From an uncultured virus (IMG/VR IMGVR_UViG_3300025085_003231) (taxonomy: Duplodnaviria > Heunggongvirae > Uroviricota > Caudoviricetes): DNA of 63,156 nt. Within the stretch, counting starts at the first letter, position 1. Each line of letters opens with the position of its first letter. The DNA lies in the IMG/VR virus record IMGVR_UViG_3300025085_003231; one strand, given 5' to 3'. The notes under the pieces are model-generated. The model was not told the origin of the DNA and made no database searches. It saw nothing but the letters and a program-made list of their open reading frames with translations. The translations under genes were made by a program, and so were the position numbers. Positions 19,219 to 29,603 of this stretch are shown here, piece by piece.

Positions 19219-19908
19219 TCACTTTCTTTCCCAATCATTGAGTGTGAATCCCGTAGATGTGACGGAAAAAATTACCTCTACGGCTATTAAAACTTTGATT
19301 GTGAACTCCGTCTCTCCGATGGTTTCTGTAAATTGGTATTCTATTGTTTCTATTGGCATTGTGATTTCTTCGTTGTATGTGTTGGGGTTTGTATCATCCC
19401 AATCGGATAACCATGAATCAGGATTGTCGTAAATGTCATCCAAGTGTTCTTCAGCCCACTCATCAACAAATTGTTGTATATCGTCATCATCCACAGAAAA
19501 ATCCCAGTCAGAAGAAATACTCCCTGCTGGTCCGACCACATCAACAACTTTCCAACTATATCTGCCTTCGCCTTTTCTTGTGAATGTTGCTATTGCCTCG
19601 TAATCAGGGTCATCTCCATACTCATCCACACCTTCGTAGTCAGATATTTCTGAGGTGGTGGCATCAAAATATTCTGTCAAATAAACATCTATGGTATCTT
19701 CTAAAGATTCAATTTTATGTCCGATTGTGTTAGATTTCTTTTGCAATTGGTGGGCAAGATGTCTTCCTTCAGGAGTATTGGGACACTCGGAAATCATGTG
19801 GTTAATTTCCAAAAACAAATTCAATAGGAATCCATAATCATTAGACTCCATAGCATCGGATTCTTTTAACCAGTTAAGCAGAAGTGTAGCCTCCCCCAAA
19901 TCATTCAT
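19219..19908 (-). CDS. Highly acidic hypothetical protein
   Basis: About 50 D/E in 229 aa (hand count). Confidence 0.8.
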   Translation of the reverse strand: MNDLGEATLLLNWLKESDAMESNDYGFLLNLFLEINHMISECPNTPEGRHLAHQLQKKSNTIGHKIESLEDTIDVYLTEYFDATTSEISDYEGVDEYGDDPDYEAIATFTRKGEGRYSWKVVDVVGPAGSISSDWDFSVDDDDIQQFVDEWAEEHLDDIYDNPDSWLSDWDDTNPNTYNEEITMPIETIEYQFTETIGETEFTIKVLIAVEVIFSVTSTGFTLNDWERK

Positions 19909-19954
19909 GGACTTATGGGGTGTTTCTTGCTATTTGAACTTGCGCCCAATTTAG

Positions 19955-20104
19955 TCAAACTGCTTCCGAACACTTGATACCAATATAATTAGTTTTTTCA
20001 ATGATGGTAGCCATCTTTTGTTTGACTTCAAACAAAGTTCCCTCGTAGTAATTGAATTTCTTCCAATTTCCGCTGCTGTCTAAGCATTCTATCAAAAACT
20101 TCAT
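19955..20104 (-). CDS. Micro-protein (49 aa)
   Basis: MKFLIECLDSSGNWKKFNYYEG...; promoter at canonical spacing (20125). Confidence 0.65.
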   Translation of the reverse strand: MKFLIECLDSSGNWKKFNYYEGTLFEVKQKMATIIEKTNYIGIKCSEAV

Positions 20105-20136
20105 AATACTTGGTAGTAATGCTACCTATTTAACAT

Positions 20137-20637
20137 TTACAAAGTGTGTGCTAAATTGAATGCTTTGGCATTATCTGATGGATAGTGTAAGCCAACACTG
20201 ACACGAGCATGGGCTATTCTCCGAGCAATTCGGTAAAATGATAGGGTGTGGAGAGGGTATTTTTTAGAAAGGTGTCGGGCGATTAAATAAGATTGAAAAG
20301 TATGTCCTGATGGGTAGGCAGGGGTTTTAGCAGTTTCTGAGGGTTGTGGCTGGATTTCAGAATTCACTTGTGCTGGGCGTGGTCGGTTGTAGTAGTTTTT
20401 GTGAGCCATTAACAATGGGAAGGAATCTTTGATGATAGCAGTTAATTCTTGAGGTTCAAAATCTAAATTATTGTTTTCTAAATATTGAGTAAATGCTGCA
20501 CGAGGGGATTCATCAGTGAGTAAAAAATAATCCATATCGGGTTTTTTCATGGCTTGCCGCACCAATTTAGATTCCTGATATGAATCAGGGTGATATTGGG
20601 GTTGAGGTTCCTGAGAGGGCGAATAACGGTCAATCAC
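20137..20637 (-). CDS. PAP2/haloperoxidase-superfamily phosphatase
   Basis: KNYYNRPRP, YPSGH and RVSVGLHYPSD motifs. Confidence 0.9.
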   Translation of the reverse strand: MIDRYSPSQEPQPQYHPDSYQESKLVRQAMKKPDMDYFLLTDESPRAAFTQYLENNNLDFEPQELTAIIKDSFPLLMAHKNYYNRPRPAQVNSEIQPQPSETAKTPAYPSGHTFQSYLIARHLSKKYPLHTLSFYRIARRIAHARVSVGLHYPSDNAKAFNLAHTL

Positions 20638-22314
20638 TTACTCACCTGATGAAGATGATTTATTACGGCGGAAAATTGACTCTTTACCTTTTTTTCGCCA
20701 GTAACCTGCTTTTTTAGGAGCAGTTGATTTTTTAAATCTGTTAAGGCTGTGGCGGGCAAGTGGAGCCTCAAAAAGTTCTGTTGGCTCTAAAGGAAGGTAT
20801 CCTGAGTTTGCAACAATGAAACATCGGCCAGTATCTGCATCACAGACTACATCACCTACTGATAACGAACGAGCGTCAGGTTCATCGGTGTAGTTTGCAA
20901 TAGTTGTGGAGTCGGCTAACCATCCATCACGGCTCAAATTTTGAGTGATGTGGAATGGAGCATAACCTCCAATTACTTTAGCGGTTTTCTGATAATTGCT
21001 GGTGCGAATAAATTGTCCTGGACCTCGGACAAAAAATAAGTCTGCAAATCTGCTATCTTTTTCTCGTTCATCTGTGTCGTGCATATAGATAATCCAAGAA
21101 TCAGCATCGGGCAAATTAGTAGGCTCGCCAATAACCATTATTTCTGAGTCGTTAAAATTGTAATTTCCTTCGGCTCCAAATGATAAATTTTGGGAATCGG
21201 CTAAAGGTTGGGCGCATCCTCCATCACAAGCCCAGATTTCTCCTAATAATTGGTCGTCTTCATCAAACAGTCCAAAGGCTTGAGGAGATTCATCGCCACA
21301 CAACTGACATATTTTCGGAAGTTCTGTGATTTCCAATGGTGGGGGTGCGGGGGAGGTTCGGGCTCTTTCTAAGGCTTGGGCTAATTGTCCTTCTGGGTCA
21401 CCGCCCCAATTTTCGGCCTCAAAATCTTCTTCCATATCTTCAAAATCAATAAATGGTTGAACTGCCTTGCGATTGTTGTTCATAATTGCTTGAACTATTT
21501 GTCTTATTTCAGAATTGGCATCTTTTCGGAGTTGGTCAATTTTGTTCTTGGGAATTCGGCGGGTGAGTTTCCACATCAGTTCCTTATCTCCATAATCGTC
21601 TTCGTATTTATCAAGGGGTTGAAGATTAAAATTCCAACCGTAGACTTGATAGAGTTGAATATAAGTAGCCAACTGACCTATCCCTGGTCTCCAATTTTCA
21701 GAGCCAAGGTCATCTTTAAGATACCTAACAAGGTCTATGACAGTAGGGATGTTGCGAGGAATTGATGCGCTTACGCTAAAAACTTCAGTTCTCTCGTCAT
21801 CGTCTTCTATGGCGGTAGATTTGATACTAACTGTATTTTTATTAACTCGGATTTGGTTAATGACATCATCATAACCTTCTTCCTCAAGTTCATCATACTT
21901 TTCCTGGCTAATTAAGTGGTTGAAGGCCCACCAGTAACCTACTTCCTCTACAATCTTGCCTAAATCCTTAGTATTTTCTAAGAGAGTGTGTTTGGGACTT
22001 ATTGTTTTGGCATAATAACGGACTATGGCAGAAGTCCATGTGGGGTCGGTAGAAGTGCGGATTATTTTTTGAAGTTGAGAGTAAGTTAATTCTATTTCAT
22101 AATTGCTGAAATCTGGGCTCTCTAAAAACTCACGAAACCACTCTGGGTAATAGTTAGTTTCTTCTAACTCATTAGATTCTAACCAGTTGGTAAATGATTT
22201 TACCCGAGAAAATCCGTATTGGTTAATGAATGAAATAGGGTCTATTTTACGAGGATAACGAGCAATACAATCACTCAACATCTGCATATAGTCATTGTGA
22301 AACTTACTTCTCAT
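20638..22314 (-). CDS. Multi-module protein with Zn-finger and YodL-like segment
   Basis: CQLC..CDGGC; RSLSVGDVV; modules separated by FEAE, FGAE, FEAP. Confidence 0.8.
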   Translation of the reverse strand: MRSKFHNDYMQMLSDCIARYPRKIDPISFINQYGFSRVKSFTNWLESNELEETNYYPEWFREFLESPDFSNYEIELTYSQLQKIIRTSTDPTWTSAIVRYYAKTISPKHTLLENTKDLGKIVEEVGYWWAFNHLISQEKYDELEEEGYDDVINQIRVNKNTVSIKSTAIEDDDERTEVFSVSASIPRNIPTVIDLVRYLKDDLGSENWRPGIGQLATYIQLYQVYGWNFNLQPLDKYEDDYGDKELMWKLTRRIPKNKIDQLRKDANSEIRQIVQAIMNNNRKAVQPFIDFEDMEEDFEAENWGGDPEGQLAQALERARTSPAPPPLEITELPKICQLCGDESPQAFGLFDEDDQLLGEIWACDGGCAQPLADSQNLSFGAEGNYNFNDSEIMVIGEPTNLPDADSWIIYMHDTDEREKDSRFADLFFVRGPGQFIRTSNYQKTAKVIGGYAPFHITQNLSRDGWLADSTTIANYTDEPDARSLSVGDVVCDADTGRCFIVANSGYLPLEPTELFEAPLARHSLNRFKKSTAPKKAGYWRKKGKESIFRRNKSSSSGE

Positions 22315-22323
22315 AATATCATC

Positions 22324-23811
22324 TCAGTTACAATCGCACTCACACATTTTACAAACTTCGCCACAATCCTCGCAACCGCTATCATCATAACAATAAGCCA
22401 CACCACAGCCAGTGCAATCTCCGATGTAGTCGCCACATTGGTTGCACATTTGCTTAGAACAATAGACACATTCATTAAAAACTTCTGCATCATCCTCGTT
22501 TCCACAATTACCACAAGTTAGCAAATCCATAGTTTCTGCTCCAGCCATCCAGCGTTGAGACTTTCCAGATTTCTTGACTTCCCACATTTTGCCATCGTTG
22601 CCTCTCATGCGAGTGCCAATCTTTCGGCGGGTGGCTGAAATTGTAGGTGCTTTGCGGCCAGCCTTAGCCTTTGGCTTGGCTTTACGAGTTGTAGTTTTCT
22701 TAGCAACTTTAGCCTTGGGTTTCGTAGTGGCTTTCTTGGCTCGTGCTTTTGGTTTAGGTTTGATTCCTTTAAGTGCTGGTATCAAGGCTTTGACTTGTTT
22801 TTTGAGGCTGGCAGGATATTCCCAATAATCAAAGAATTCTCCATCTTCCATCATTCCAAGAACATTCCAATTTTTAATGTTGGCTCTGTTTTTGAAGTAG
22901 GGTCCACAATGTTTGCAGTTCATTTTGGTGGCTTCAGATTTATGCTGAACTGTTTTGTTATACTTGTTTTCTATCGCATCTTTTTGTTCTATGTAATCAA
23001 AGAAATCAAAATCCTCTTTATCATACGGTGCTGCCTCCCACCTTTTTTGCAACTTATTCATCTTTCTTTTATCAGAAGCACTCCATTCACTCCAAGGAGT
23101 CGTTCTATCGTAAATGCAAAAATCTATGTCTAAATACATGGTTTCATACGGCTCATCATCATATTTTTCTGACCCTTCCCAAGTAGGGTTAAGGTAATTG
23201 ATGAAAGCCCAATAAGAGTGAGGCAATGCTTCTCGGAGGATGGTATCTCCGCCAGTATCGGCATCAGCGTATTTTCCAGATTGAACAGTTTTTACATGGT
23301 GATACCACCAGTCCCAATCTTCCATATCTACTTCATAGTGTTCATCACTACCGTATTTGGCTATGTATTGTTTGCGAGAAATTGCTGGACCACGACTTTT
23401 TTTGAGGTCTTTCAACCAATAAGGTTTCATTAAAGCAATAACCTTTCTTTTGGCTTGAAGTGGAGTCATGGTTTTCGGGGCTTCAAAAACTTCCATATTT
23501 TCTGCCTTAATCTCTTTGCGAGTGCGGGCATCCTTAGCAGATAGATTTTTATCTTGCTTTAATTTACGCAGGGTTTCAGAAACAGGTTTTCCTGACATGG
23601 TTCTAACACGAGCAGTTTTTTGTTCAGCGAGATAGCCTTGCTTACGGCTCATAAAGGTTAGTCCCAAAACGGTAGCACCTGTAATGGCTGCAATGAAATA
23701 TCCTGCCGAGGCAGGTCCAGGCATCTTACCTGTGTATGTATCTTTGAGGACGGCCAATGACATATAGCCTCCTGCTCCGACAATAAATCCGATAATCGGA
23801 GTGGCTAACAT
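22324..23811 (-). CDS. Multi-module membrane protein with Lys-rich tract and Cys-rich tail
   Basis: Two N-terminal TMs, KPKAKA tract, GNDGKMW motif, terminal CxxC array; start 23811 by promoter spacing. Confidence 0.85.
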   Translation of the reverse strand: MLATPIIGFIVGAGGYMSLAVLKDTYTGKMPGPASAGYFIAAITGATVLGLTFMSRKQGYLAEQKTARVRTMSGKPVSETLRKLKQDKNLSAKDARTRKEIKAENMEVFEAPKTMTPLQAKRKVIALMKPYWLKDLKKSRGPAISRKQYIAKYGSDEHYEVDMEDWDWWYHHVKTVQSGKYADADTGGDTILREALPHSYWAFINYLNPTWEGSEKYDDEPYETMYLDIDFCIYDRTTPWSEWSASDKRKMNKLQKRWEAAPYDKEDFDFFDYIEQKDAIENKYNKTVQHKSEATKMNCKHCGPYFKNRANIKNWNVLGMMEDGEFFDYWEYPASLKKQVKALIPALKGIKPKPKARAKKATTKPKAKVAKKTTTRKAKPKAKAGRKAPTISATRRKIGTRMRGNDGKMWEVKKSGKSQRWMAGAETMDLLTCGNCGNEDDAEVFNECVYCSKQMCNQCGDYIGDCTGCGVAYCYDDSGCEDCGEVCKMCECDCN

Positions 23812-23843
23812 AGCCATTTATTGATGTTCTTGCTATTTAAGTT

Positions 23844-24128
23844 TCACTTTTGAAGTGAAGCATCTCCGTTGAAAGAGGTATTGCTCAGATATTCAAGTGC
23901 TGAAAGAGGGAGTCTTTTTCCTGCTTTCAAATCGGTTAATAAAATCTGGCGTTTCCTCTCAAAGTTTTCTATGGTGGTAGACTCTCCGCAAGATTCACAA
24001 TCAGACTGAAATACTAAATTGGTGCATTCGCAATTGACACAATCTTGTAGGTTGAGTGGGGCGAAAATGGTTTCTAATGGAATCGGAATTGAAATCCAGT
24101 TAATGGTAAAAAACTGGACGGTTCTCAA
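23844..24128 (-). CDS. Zn-ribbon protein
   Basis: CVNC..CESC. Confidence 0.55.
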   Translation of the reverse strand: MRTVQFFTINWISIPIPLETIFAPLNLQDCVNCECTNLVFQSDCESCGESTTIENFERKRQILLTDLKAGKRLPLSALEYLSNTSFNGDASLQK

Positions 24129-24491
24129 TCAATCACTTCCTGCTCTTTCTGCGGCGTGATGCTTGCGGTGGCACGAAACACAAAGAAGTGCGAGAGTGTG
24201 GACTTTAGCCAACAAGTCATCCCACGAATAATCGGTGATACTTTTTTCAGTTCCTTGCTTGTAAGATGGGTCGGTGTGATGCACATCCAAAAGAATTGGG
24301 TCATCTTCGCTGCATTGTTCGCAACAACCGCCCAAACGATTTAGAATCCAAGTTTTCTTATTGACTCGTAGGTTTCTTTTGTTGGTGACTGATTTACCAA
24401 CCAAGTTTTTAGCATCTTTGTTTTCTTGATACCAACGCTTGTTGTATTCTCTCATATATGCTTTCTTCTTCTCAGGGTCTGAGTAGGGCAT
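24129..24491 (-). CDS. HNH endonuclease
   Basis: GGCCEQC..LDVHH..LLCVSCHRKHH. Confidence 0.85.
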   Translation of the reverse strand: MPYSDPEKKKAYMREYNKRWYQENKDAKNLVGKSVTNKRNLRVNKKTWILNRLGGCCEQCSEDDPILLDVHHTDPSYKQGTEKSITDYSWDDLLAKVHTLALLCVSCHRKHHAAERAGSD

Positions 24492-24530
24492 AATGCTTCT
24501 GGTAGCGTTCTCCTATATGAATCTTTGTCT

Positions 24531-24824
24531 TCAAGACCTGTCGTTCTTGAGGGCTTCCTTGATTCCTGGAATGTTGAAAAAGTTCTTAGCATCAAAACTT
24601 TTTTCTAATGAGGCTCCTGATTTGGGGGCTCCTAATTTAGAGTCGGCTCCAATCTTTTGTTCTCCTCGTCCTGGCTTAACTTGGTCTTGATGAGCCTTGA
24701 CAATATCTGCATTGGTTAATTGTGGGCCTAAATGTGGGTGTTGCAAAGAGAATGCCTTTTTTCTCTCTTTTTCTGCGGCCATGGCTGCCAAAATGTCTGC
24801 ATTGGTTGTCATGTTATCCCTCAT
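24531..24824 (-). CDS. Hypothetical protein with TNADI repeat
   Basis: Coupled ORF. Confidence 0.65.
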   Translation of the reverse strand: MRDNMTTNADILAAMAAEKERKKAFSLQHPHLGPQLTNADIVKAHQDQVKPGRGEQKIGADSKLGAPKSGASLEKSFDAKNFFNIPGIKEALKNDRS

Positions 24825-25291
24825 TCATCTTTTAGGCCGAATATTCCTGTGGTATCGCTGTTACTTAGGGGGGTAAATGAGGTGATAATAGAATTTTCTA
24901 TGGTTGGTGCGGGGCGGGTTGTGATGAATCCAGTTGGGATGTCATACGATGGTTCATCGTTAGCAGGTTCTGGACGACCCATTAGCATTGGGTCATTGGT
25001 GTTGAGGACAAGTCGGTAAATTTCTGGGGTAAAGTCTATCCAGTTGATGAAAGGATTTCTAACTTGAATAAGTGCTGCTCCTCTTTCAATAATGGCTGGT
25101 GTGGTATCTACTACTGCAATGGCTCCTCCCAAGGATGGGGGCGGAGTGACACTATTATCGGAAAATACTTCCATTCTTTGTTCATCGGTAACAAATGGAT
25201 TATCCAGATAAGCGACTGTGGTTTTTGATGGTTGTGATGAAGGCCAACCTGTTCCGTGTCGGGAAGGGTCATAATTAGGAGAACGAGGCAT
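24821..25291 (-). CDS. Pro-rich hypothetical protein
   Basis: 156-aa ORF. Confidence 0.7.
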   Translation of the reverse strand: MPRSPNYDPSRHGTGWPSSQPSKTTVAYLDNPFVTDEQRMEVFSDNSVTPPPSLGGAIAVVDTTPAIIERGAALIQVRNPFINWIDFTPEIYRLVLNTNDPMLMGRPEPANDEPSYDIPTGFITTRPAPTIENSIITSFTPLSNSDTTGIFGLKDE

Positions 25292-25624
25292 TTACATCAC
25301 CGTTGTTATTCCCAATGCGGCTCCCAAAAATCCTGGCAAAAACATCATTACAATTTGCCACCAACGACTACGGAATCTTTCAATTTCTTCATCGGTGTTT
25401 TTGACATTTTGTTCTAAAAGGGCTAATCGTGTCAAGATGGGTGGCTGACCGTTACCATCAATAACAACTTTGGTAAGTCTTTTTAAGTCGGCCTTATGTG
25501 ACATTGATTCTGATGCCAAGCGGTCCAAATGAATTTCAGTGGAACGAGAGGTATCAACAAGTGCTTGTAAAAGTGTTTCCAAATGCTGGGCTACTTCTAC
25601 CACGGCTCTTTCATCCTCGGACAA
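25292..25624 (-). CDS. Coiled-coil protein with C-terminal TM (XhlA/holin-like architecture)
   Basis: GNGQPPILTRLALLEQ coil and terminal TM. Confidence 0.7.
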   Translation of the reverse strand: MSEDERAVVEVAQHLETLLQALVDTSRSTEIHLDRLASESMSHKADLKRLTKVVIDGNGQPPILTRLALLEQNVKNTDEEIERFRSRWWQIVMMFLPGFLGAALGITTVM

Positions 25625-25775
25625 TTTTCATCCCCCGAATGATGTCCAAAATGCGTGTGGCTAACTGCCCTACACATTGCGTTGAATGTCTGGTAGATTC
25701 TAACCGATTTTCAACATGAAGCAGAGACAAATTAGATTGTTCAATCAATGACTCAACATTGTGAATCTCTGCCAT
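25611..25775 (-). CDS. Micro-protein (54 aa)
   Basis: MAEIHNVESLIEQ...; promoter at 25796. Confidence 0.65.
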   Translation of the reverse strand: MAEIHNVESLIEQSNLSLLHVENRLESTRHSTQCVGQLATRILDIIRGMKIVRG

Positions 25776-25821
25776 GTTGTTAATGTGGCGTTATTGCTAC
25801 TTAAATTTGTCGTTTAACAAA

Positions 25822-27870
25822 TCAATTATTTGTGCTATCTGTGGAAACTGTTTTATTTGCTTTGGTTGTTTCAACTGTGCTATCTGCGACGAAATCAAGT
25901 TCACACATATCATTGTCACAGAACCTCTCAATAGCAATTTCTTCGCCCTTAATTCTTCCAAAAGAGAGACGGCCTAAAGACGATTTCATCTCTTGGTATG
26001 TTTCTAAATCAATGGCTTCATAAGGCATTTGTGGGTAGGCTCCATAATCCAAACGAGGGAGGAAAGAAATACCTTTTAGTTGATATTGGAAAATATCCAG
26101 TGCAGGTGCAATTTGTGAGCCTTCATTTTCTGGGTCAAAGGTAACTGTGCAAGAAACTTGATTATCTGCCCAATATCTCTGGGCTAAAGCAGCAATTCCC
26201 AATTGTTCCCACATGGAAACTTTGTCTACGGTGCGAACACCTTCGCCTACATCTACGGGGATTTCCACAACTAATGTGGTATCTTCGCTACCGAAAGCAG
26301 GTTCTATCTTGTATCCAGCCTTCAAAAGTGGTGCAACCAGATTGGAATCTTTTCCGAGCCTCATGCGTCGGATATAATAGCGAGATTCTGGGAAGTGGAT
26401 TCCAGGTGTGGCTCCTGCCAGAAGTGAAACTGTTCCAGATGGTTTGATAGATGTGGTTTTGATGGAGCGTGGGATAGCCATCCAATCGGAGTATTCTTTG
26501 TCTAATTGTTGAATGTGTCCGTAACCGACATCCATCCAATCTCGGAGTTTGCCCAATCCTCGGTTTGCAATAAACTGAGCGATACCACTCATAGAACATC
26601 CAATTCTTCGGTTGCGAAGCATAACACGGTTGGTTTCAGGCCAATGAGTCTTGCCGAGTGTGACAGTTTTGGCATAAAGGTAAGCATACTTGAGAGTGGT
26701 TTGGTAATCTTCTATGGAGTCGTGATTGTTAGGGAATGTTTCTACCAGACAGCACAATTCATAACTTTCCAAGGTTTGTTCCAGACACGGGTTTCCGCCC
26801 ATGGCTCGGTGGTCTTTGAAGTTGGGTGCGTCAGCCATGCGTCCATAGTCTTTCATGTTTTCTAACCACGCATATCCTGGCTCTCCATTGATACGAACTC
26901 GTTCGGCTGAATCTTCGTAGTCCATGCCCAATCCTGCAAAAATGGAGTTGTTGGATGTCCAACCATATTCGGCTCGGTGTGGATTTACCTCGTAGTTTTT
27001 CAAATCAAGATATTCATCATTGTCAGGTTCGCCAAATACAATTTCGGCGGTTCGGCGCACATTCCCTGCCACAACACACTTGCCAATGAGGTTCATAATA
27101 TCTACAATAGATGTGATGGAAATTGGGGCTCCTGTTTCGGCTCCCAGAATTTCACGAACTTGATTGTGTAGTTCAATCAATGGTTGTGGTCCAGATGATT
27201 CTCCTCCGAATCCTTTGATTGGAACTCCAAATGCACGGATTTCTGAGTAATCAAATTCAATTGGGGCGGCTCCGTAAGCATACGAGTCCAACAACAAACG
27301 AAGTGATTCAACCCATCCTTCACGAGTGTCAGGGATGGTGTATTTCTCGGTGCGTCGGTTTTCAGACGGGCCTTTGAGAATCAAAGTTCCTGCTCCTTTG
27401 GTGTCAAATCCGACTCCAACACCTAACATAGAGGCATCCATCAAGAAACAAAACGGCTTGGAAAATTCAGAAGACATAGATTGTGTTGAGACGAAAGCAC
27501 AGTTGTTGAGTGCGGCAAACAAACCTCTTTCTTCGGTAATTGCAGTTCCCATAGCCCACAGCCCACGACCTGGCGGTAGAAACTTCATGTTAAAAATACG
27601 GTCATACATTTCTTGGGCAGAATGTTGTGCTTTCCAAGCGTTCCATCCCAGTCCATTTGACTCAATGTGACGCTTCTGCATATTGAATGTTCCTTCTACA
27701 ACACGCTGAACGGTTTCAAACCATTGTTCATTTTTACCATCAGCCTTCAAACGAGAATAGGTTCGGTTATAGACTAACTCGCCCAAACCGTTGAATCCAA
27801 ATGGGGCTTTCTTGCGTCGGTATTTATTCATGAAGTTATCGCTGAGTTGGAACTTATTTTCGTTTGGCAT
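25822..27870 (-). CDS. nrdJ: Class II adenosylcobalamin-dependent ribonucleotide reductase (monomeric RTPR type)
   Basis: RTYSR, PPGRGLW, ALNNC, GNVRRTA, NPCLE, KPSGT; start 27870 after GGTGA SD. Confidence 0.95.
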   Translation of the reverse strand: MPNENKFQLSDNFMNKYRRKKAPFGFNGLGELVYNRTYSRLKADGKNEQWFETVQRVVEGTFNMQKRHIESNGLGWNAWKAQHSAQEMYDRIFNMKFLPPGRGLWAMGTAITEERGLFAALNNCAFVSTQSMSSEFSKPFCFLMDASMLGVGVGFDTKGAGTLILKGPSENRRTEKYTIPDTREGWVESLRLLLDSYAYGAAPIEFDYSEIRAFGVPIKGFGGESSGPQPLIELHNQVREILGAETGAPISITSIVDIMNLIGKCVVAGNVRRTAEIVFGEPDNDEYLDLKNYEVNPHRAEYGWTSNNSIFAGLGMDYEDSAERVRINGEPGYAWLENMKDYGRMADAPNFKDHRAMGGNPCLEQTLESYELCCLVETFPNNHDSIEDYQTTLKYAYLYAKTVTLGKTHWPETNRVMLRNRRIGCSMSGIAQFIANRGLGKLRDWMDVGYGHIQQLDKEYSDWMAIPRSIKTTSIKPSGTVSLLAGATPGIHFPESRYYIRRMRLGKDSNLVAPLLKAGYKIEPAFGSEDTTLVVEIPVDVGEGVRTVDKVSMWEQLGIAALAQRYWADNQVSCTVTFDPENEGSQIAPALDIFQYQLKGISFLPRLDYGAYPQMPYEAIDLETYQEMKSSLGRLSFGRIKGEEIAIERFCDNDMCELDFVADSTVETTKANKTVSTDSTNN

Positions 27871-27971
27871 CTTTGTCACCTTTTGGGAATGTTGCTTGGT
27901 TGGTTTCTCATATATAAGATTGTCGCCACGACCTTGCGTTGTTTCGTGCAAGGTGGTGTAGTTGCGCTATT

Positions 27972-28193
27972 TCAGTTAATTCTTTTGAACACCGTTGGTC
28001 CTTGTGAACCATTGGGTCGCACGACGATAAAGTCCGAATCGTTCTTCATCTTGGCGGCTAAACTTCGGTTGGTAGGAATTTCTTTTCTGCCCAGTGTAAC
28101 CATTCGGTCAATAACTGTTTTTGCAGTTAATTCTTCATCTAATTGAACTAAGGATTTAGCGGCTTGGTAACTGGTGGGTTTGCTCCTTCTCAT
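27972..28193 (-). CDS. Small putative wHTH protein
   Basis: LTAKTVIDRM..IPTNRSLAAKM pattern. Confidence 0.55.
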   Translation of the reverse strand: MRRSKPTSYQAAKSLVQLDEELTAKTVIDRMVTLGRKEIPTNRSLAAKMKNDSDFIVVRPNGSQGPTVFKRIN

Positions 28194-28197
28194 AATA

Positions 28198-28917
28198 TCA
28201 CAACCTCGGGGCTACCAATCCCGTATATTCTACTCCTTCATAGGGAGTCCATGTGAATTCCACAGGGCATGAGTCAGAACCGCCTCGGATAGACACAGAT
28301 TCTTTGGTGCTGGCAGAAATCATAGCGGCTACTTCAGAAGCAGTAAATAATTGTCGGCTACTGAAATCTTCTTCGCATTCTAATTCTACGGCGGGAGCCC
28401 AAGTAATCAATTCTTCGGCATCCAATGTTTCCCAAATAAGGCTATTATCCCTTATATTGATAGAATAAATTGGGGTTTTATCCAGAGTTTTCAAGTAATC
28501 TCTAATGTCTTTGGCCGAAGAAACGGTGGTGTTGTATTCATAGTCAAAGTCAGGGATGGCTTGCAAATCATAGACTAATTCTATTCTTTTAAGCCTGATA
28601 ACTCGCTCCATAGAATTTGCTAACAAAGCGAATTTGTTATCGGCATATCGGAGTTTAAGTTCGTCAGCATTCACTAATCCTGTGGTGATGCTCTTGAGTT
28701 TGCTCAAATCTACTGCTAAACGGTGTCGTTCATCGCAAGTGTAGGATTCAAAGGCGGCGGGTTCTACCCGAAGTCGCATCATTTTAGCACGAATGGAGTC
28801 CACTACATGAACGGTCAATCCTGTTTCAGAAAAGTCCAAAATACAATCTTCTGCAATAGATTGTAGACCTTTTAGAATATTTTTCATCCTCGGAACTGCT
28901 ATGCTCGCCTCTAACAT
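28198..28917 (-). CDS. pcn: Divergent PCNA sliding clamp
   Basis: FSETGL..VD, AFESYTCD, LAVDL, terminal LVAPR; ~240 aa. Confidence 0.85.
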   Translation of the reverse strand: MLEASIAVPRMKNILKGLQSIAEDCILDFSETGLTVHVVDSIRAKMMRLRVEPAAFESYTCDERHRLAVDLSKLKSITTGLVNADELKLRYADNKFALLANSMERVIRLKRIELVYDLQAIPDFDYEYNTTVSSAKDIRDYLKTLDKTPIYSINIRDNSLIWETLDAEELITWAPAVELECEEDFSSRQLFTASEVAAMISASTKESVSIRGGSDSCPVEFTWTPYEGVEYTGLVAPRL

Positions 28918-28939
28918 GAGTTTATAGTTGTGTTGTGAC

Positions 28940-29572
28940 CTATTTAACATGGTTCGCCATACGGTTAATCATCTTGGGTTCGTAAAGACGATTTTTTTGC
29001 TGGAACTTGGAACACCAATTTAAGGGTTGATAGCCTCGGATAGATTTGATGAGGTATAATCCTGATAAAATGGCTTGGAAGGTATATCCCCTCATGGAAT
29101 CTGCTTGAGCACGAAACATAGATTTTGTGATTCGCAACAATTCACTGTTTTTGTGAGGGTGAAACATTGCTGAGTTTCCGTGTTGTCCTGTATTTTGGGG
29201 CATAGTTACTCTTTGGAGATTAGCAAATTTTCTCTCGGCTGAATCTGACAATCGGACAACGGGTGTAAATACTGATTTGAAATCAGGAATGTTGCGGTGG
29301 ACGCTGACATATTGATGGTGATTTTCCTTACCTCGTTGAACGCTCTTGCTCTCGGCTCGTTGATATTCCTTATACGCTTTCTTGAGCGATTTGATAATTT
29401 TGATTCCCTCTTGAGTTGGTTTAGAAATCCAAGTGGTGAGTCGGTAGTAGCCTTGCGGGTCCCAATTATAGTCTGTGAGGTAAATCAGGTCTTTCATGGT
29501 TCCAAATTGAACTGCTGAGTATGGGATTCCGTGGTGCGGAGTCCCGAAAAACATAGTTCCATCAGTAGCCAT
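28940..29572 (-). CDS. Hypothetical protein
   Basis: ~210-aa ORF with promoter. Confidence 0.7.
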   Translation of the reverse strand: MATDGTMFFGTPHHGIPYSAVQFGTMKDLIYLTDYNWDPQGYYRLTTWISKPTQEGIKIIKSLKKAYKEYQRAESKSVQRGKENHHQYVSVHRNIPDFKSVFTPVVRLSDSAERKFANLQRVTMPQNTGQHGNSAMFHPHKNSELLRITKSMFRAQADSMRGYTFQAILSGLYLIKSIRGYQPLNWCSKFQQKNRLYEPKMINRMANHVK

Positions 29573-29603
29573 CAACAACTATTATCATGTCTCACCTATT
29601 TAA

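Noticed and set aside
22311..22514. Separate 67-aa ORF
   Set aside because: Alternative frame of the Cys-rich tail of 22324-23811
27871..27951. N-terminal extension of RNR in the ORF track
   Set aside because: ATG at 27870 has a GGTGA SD and starts the conserved-looking region
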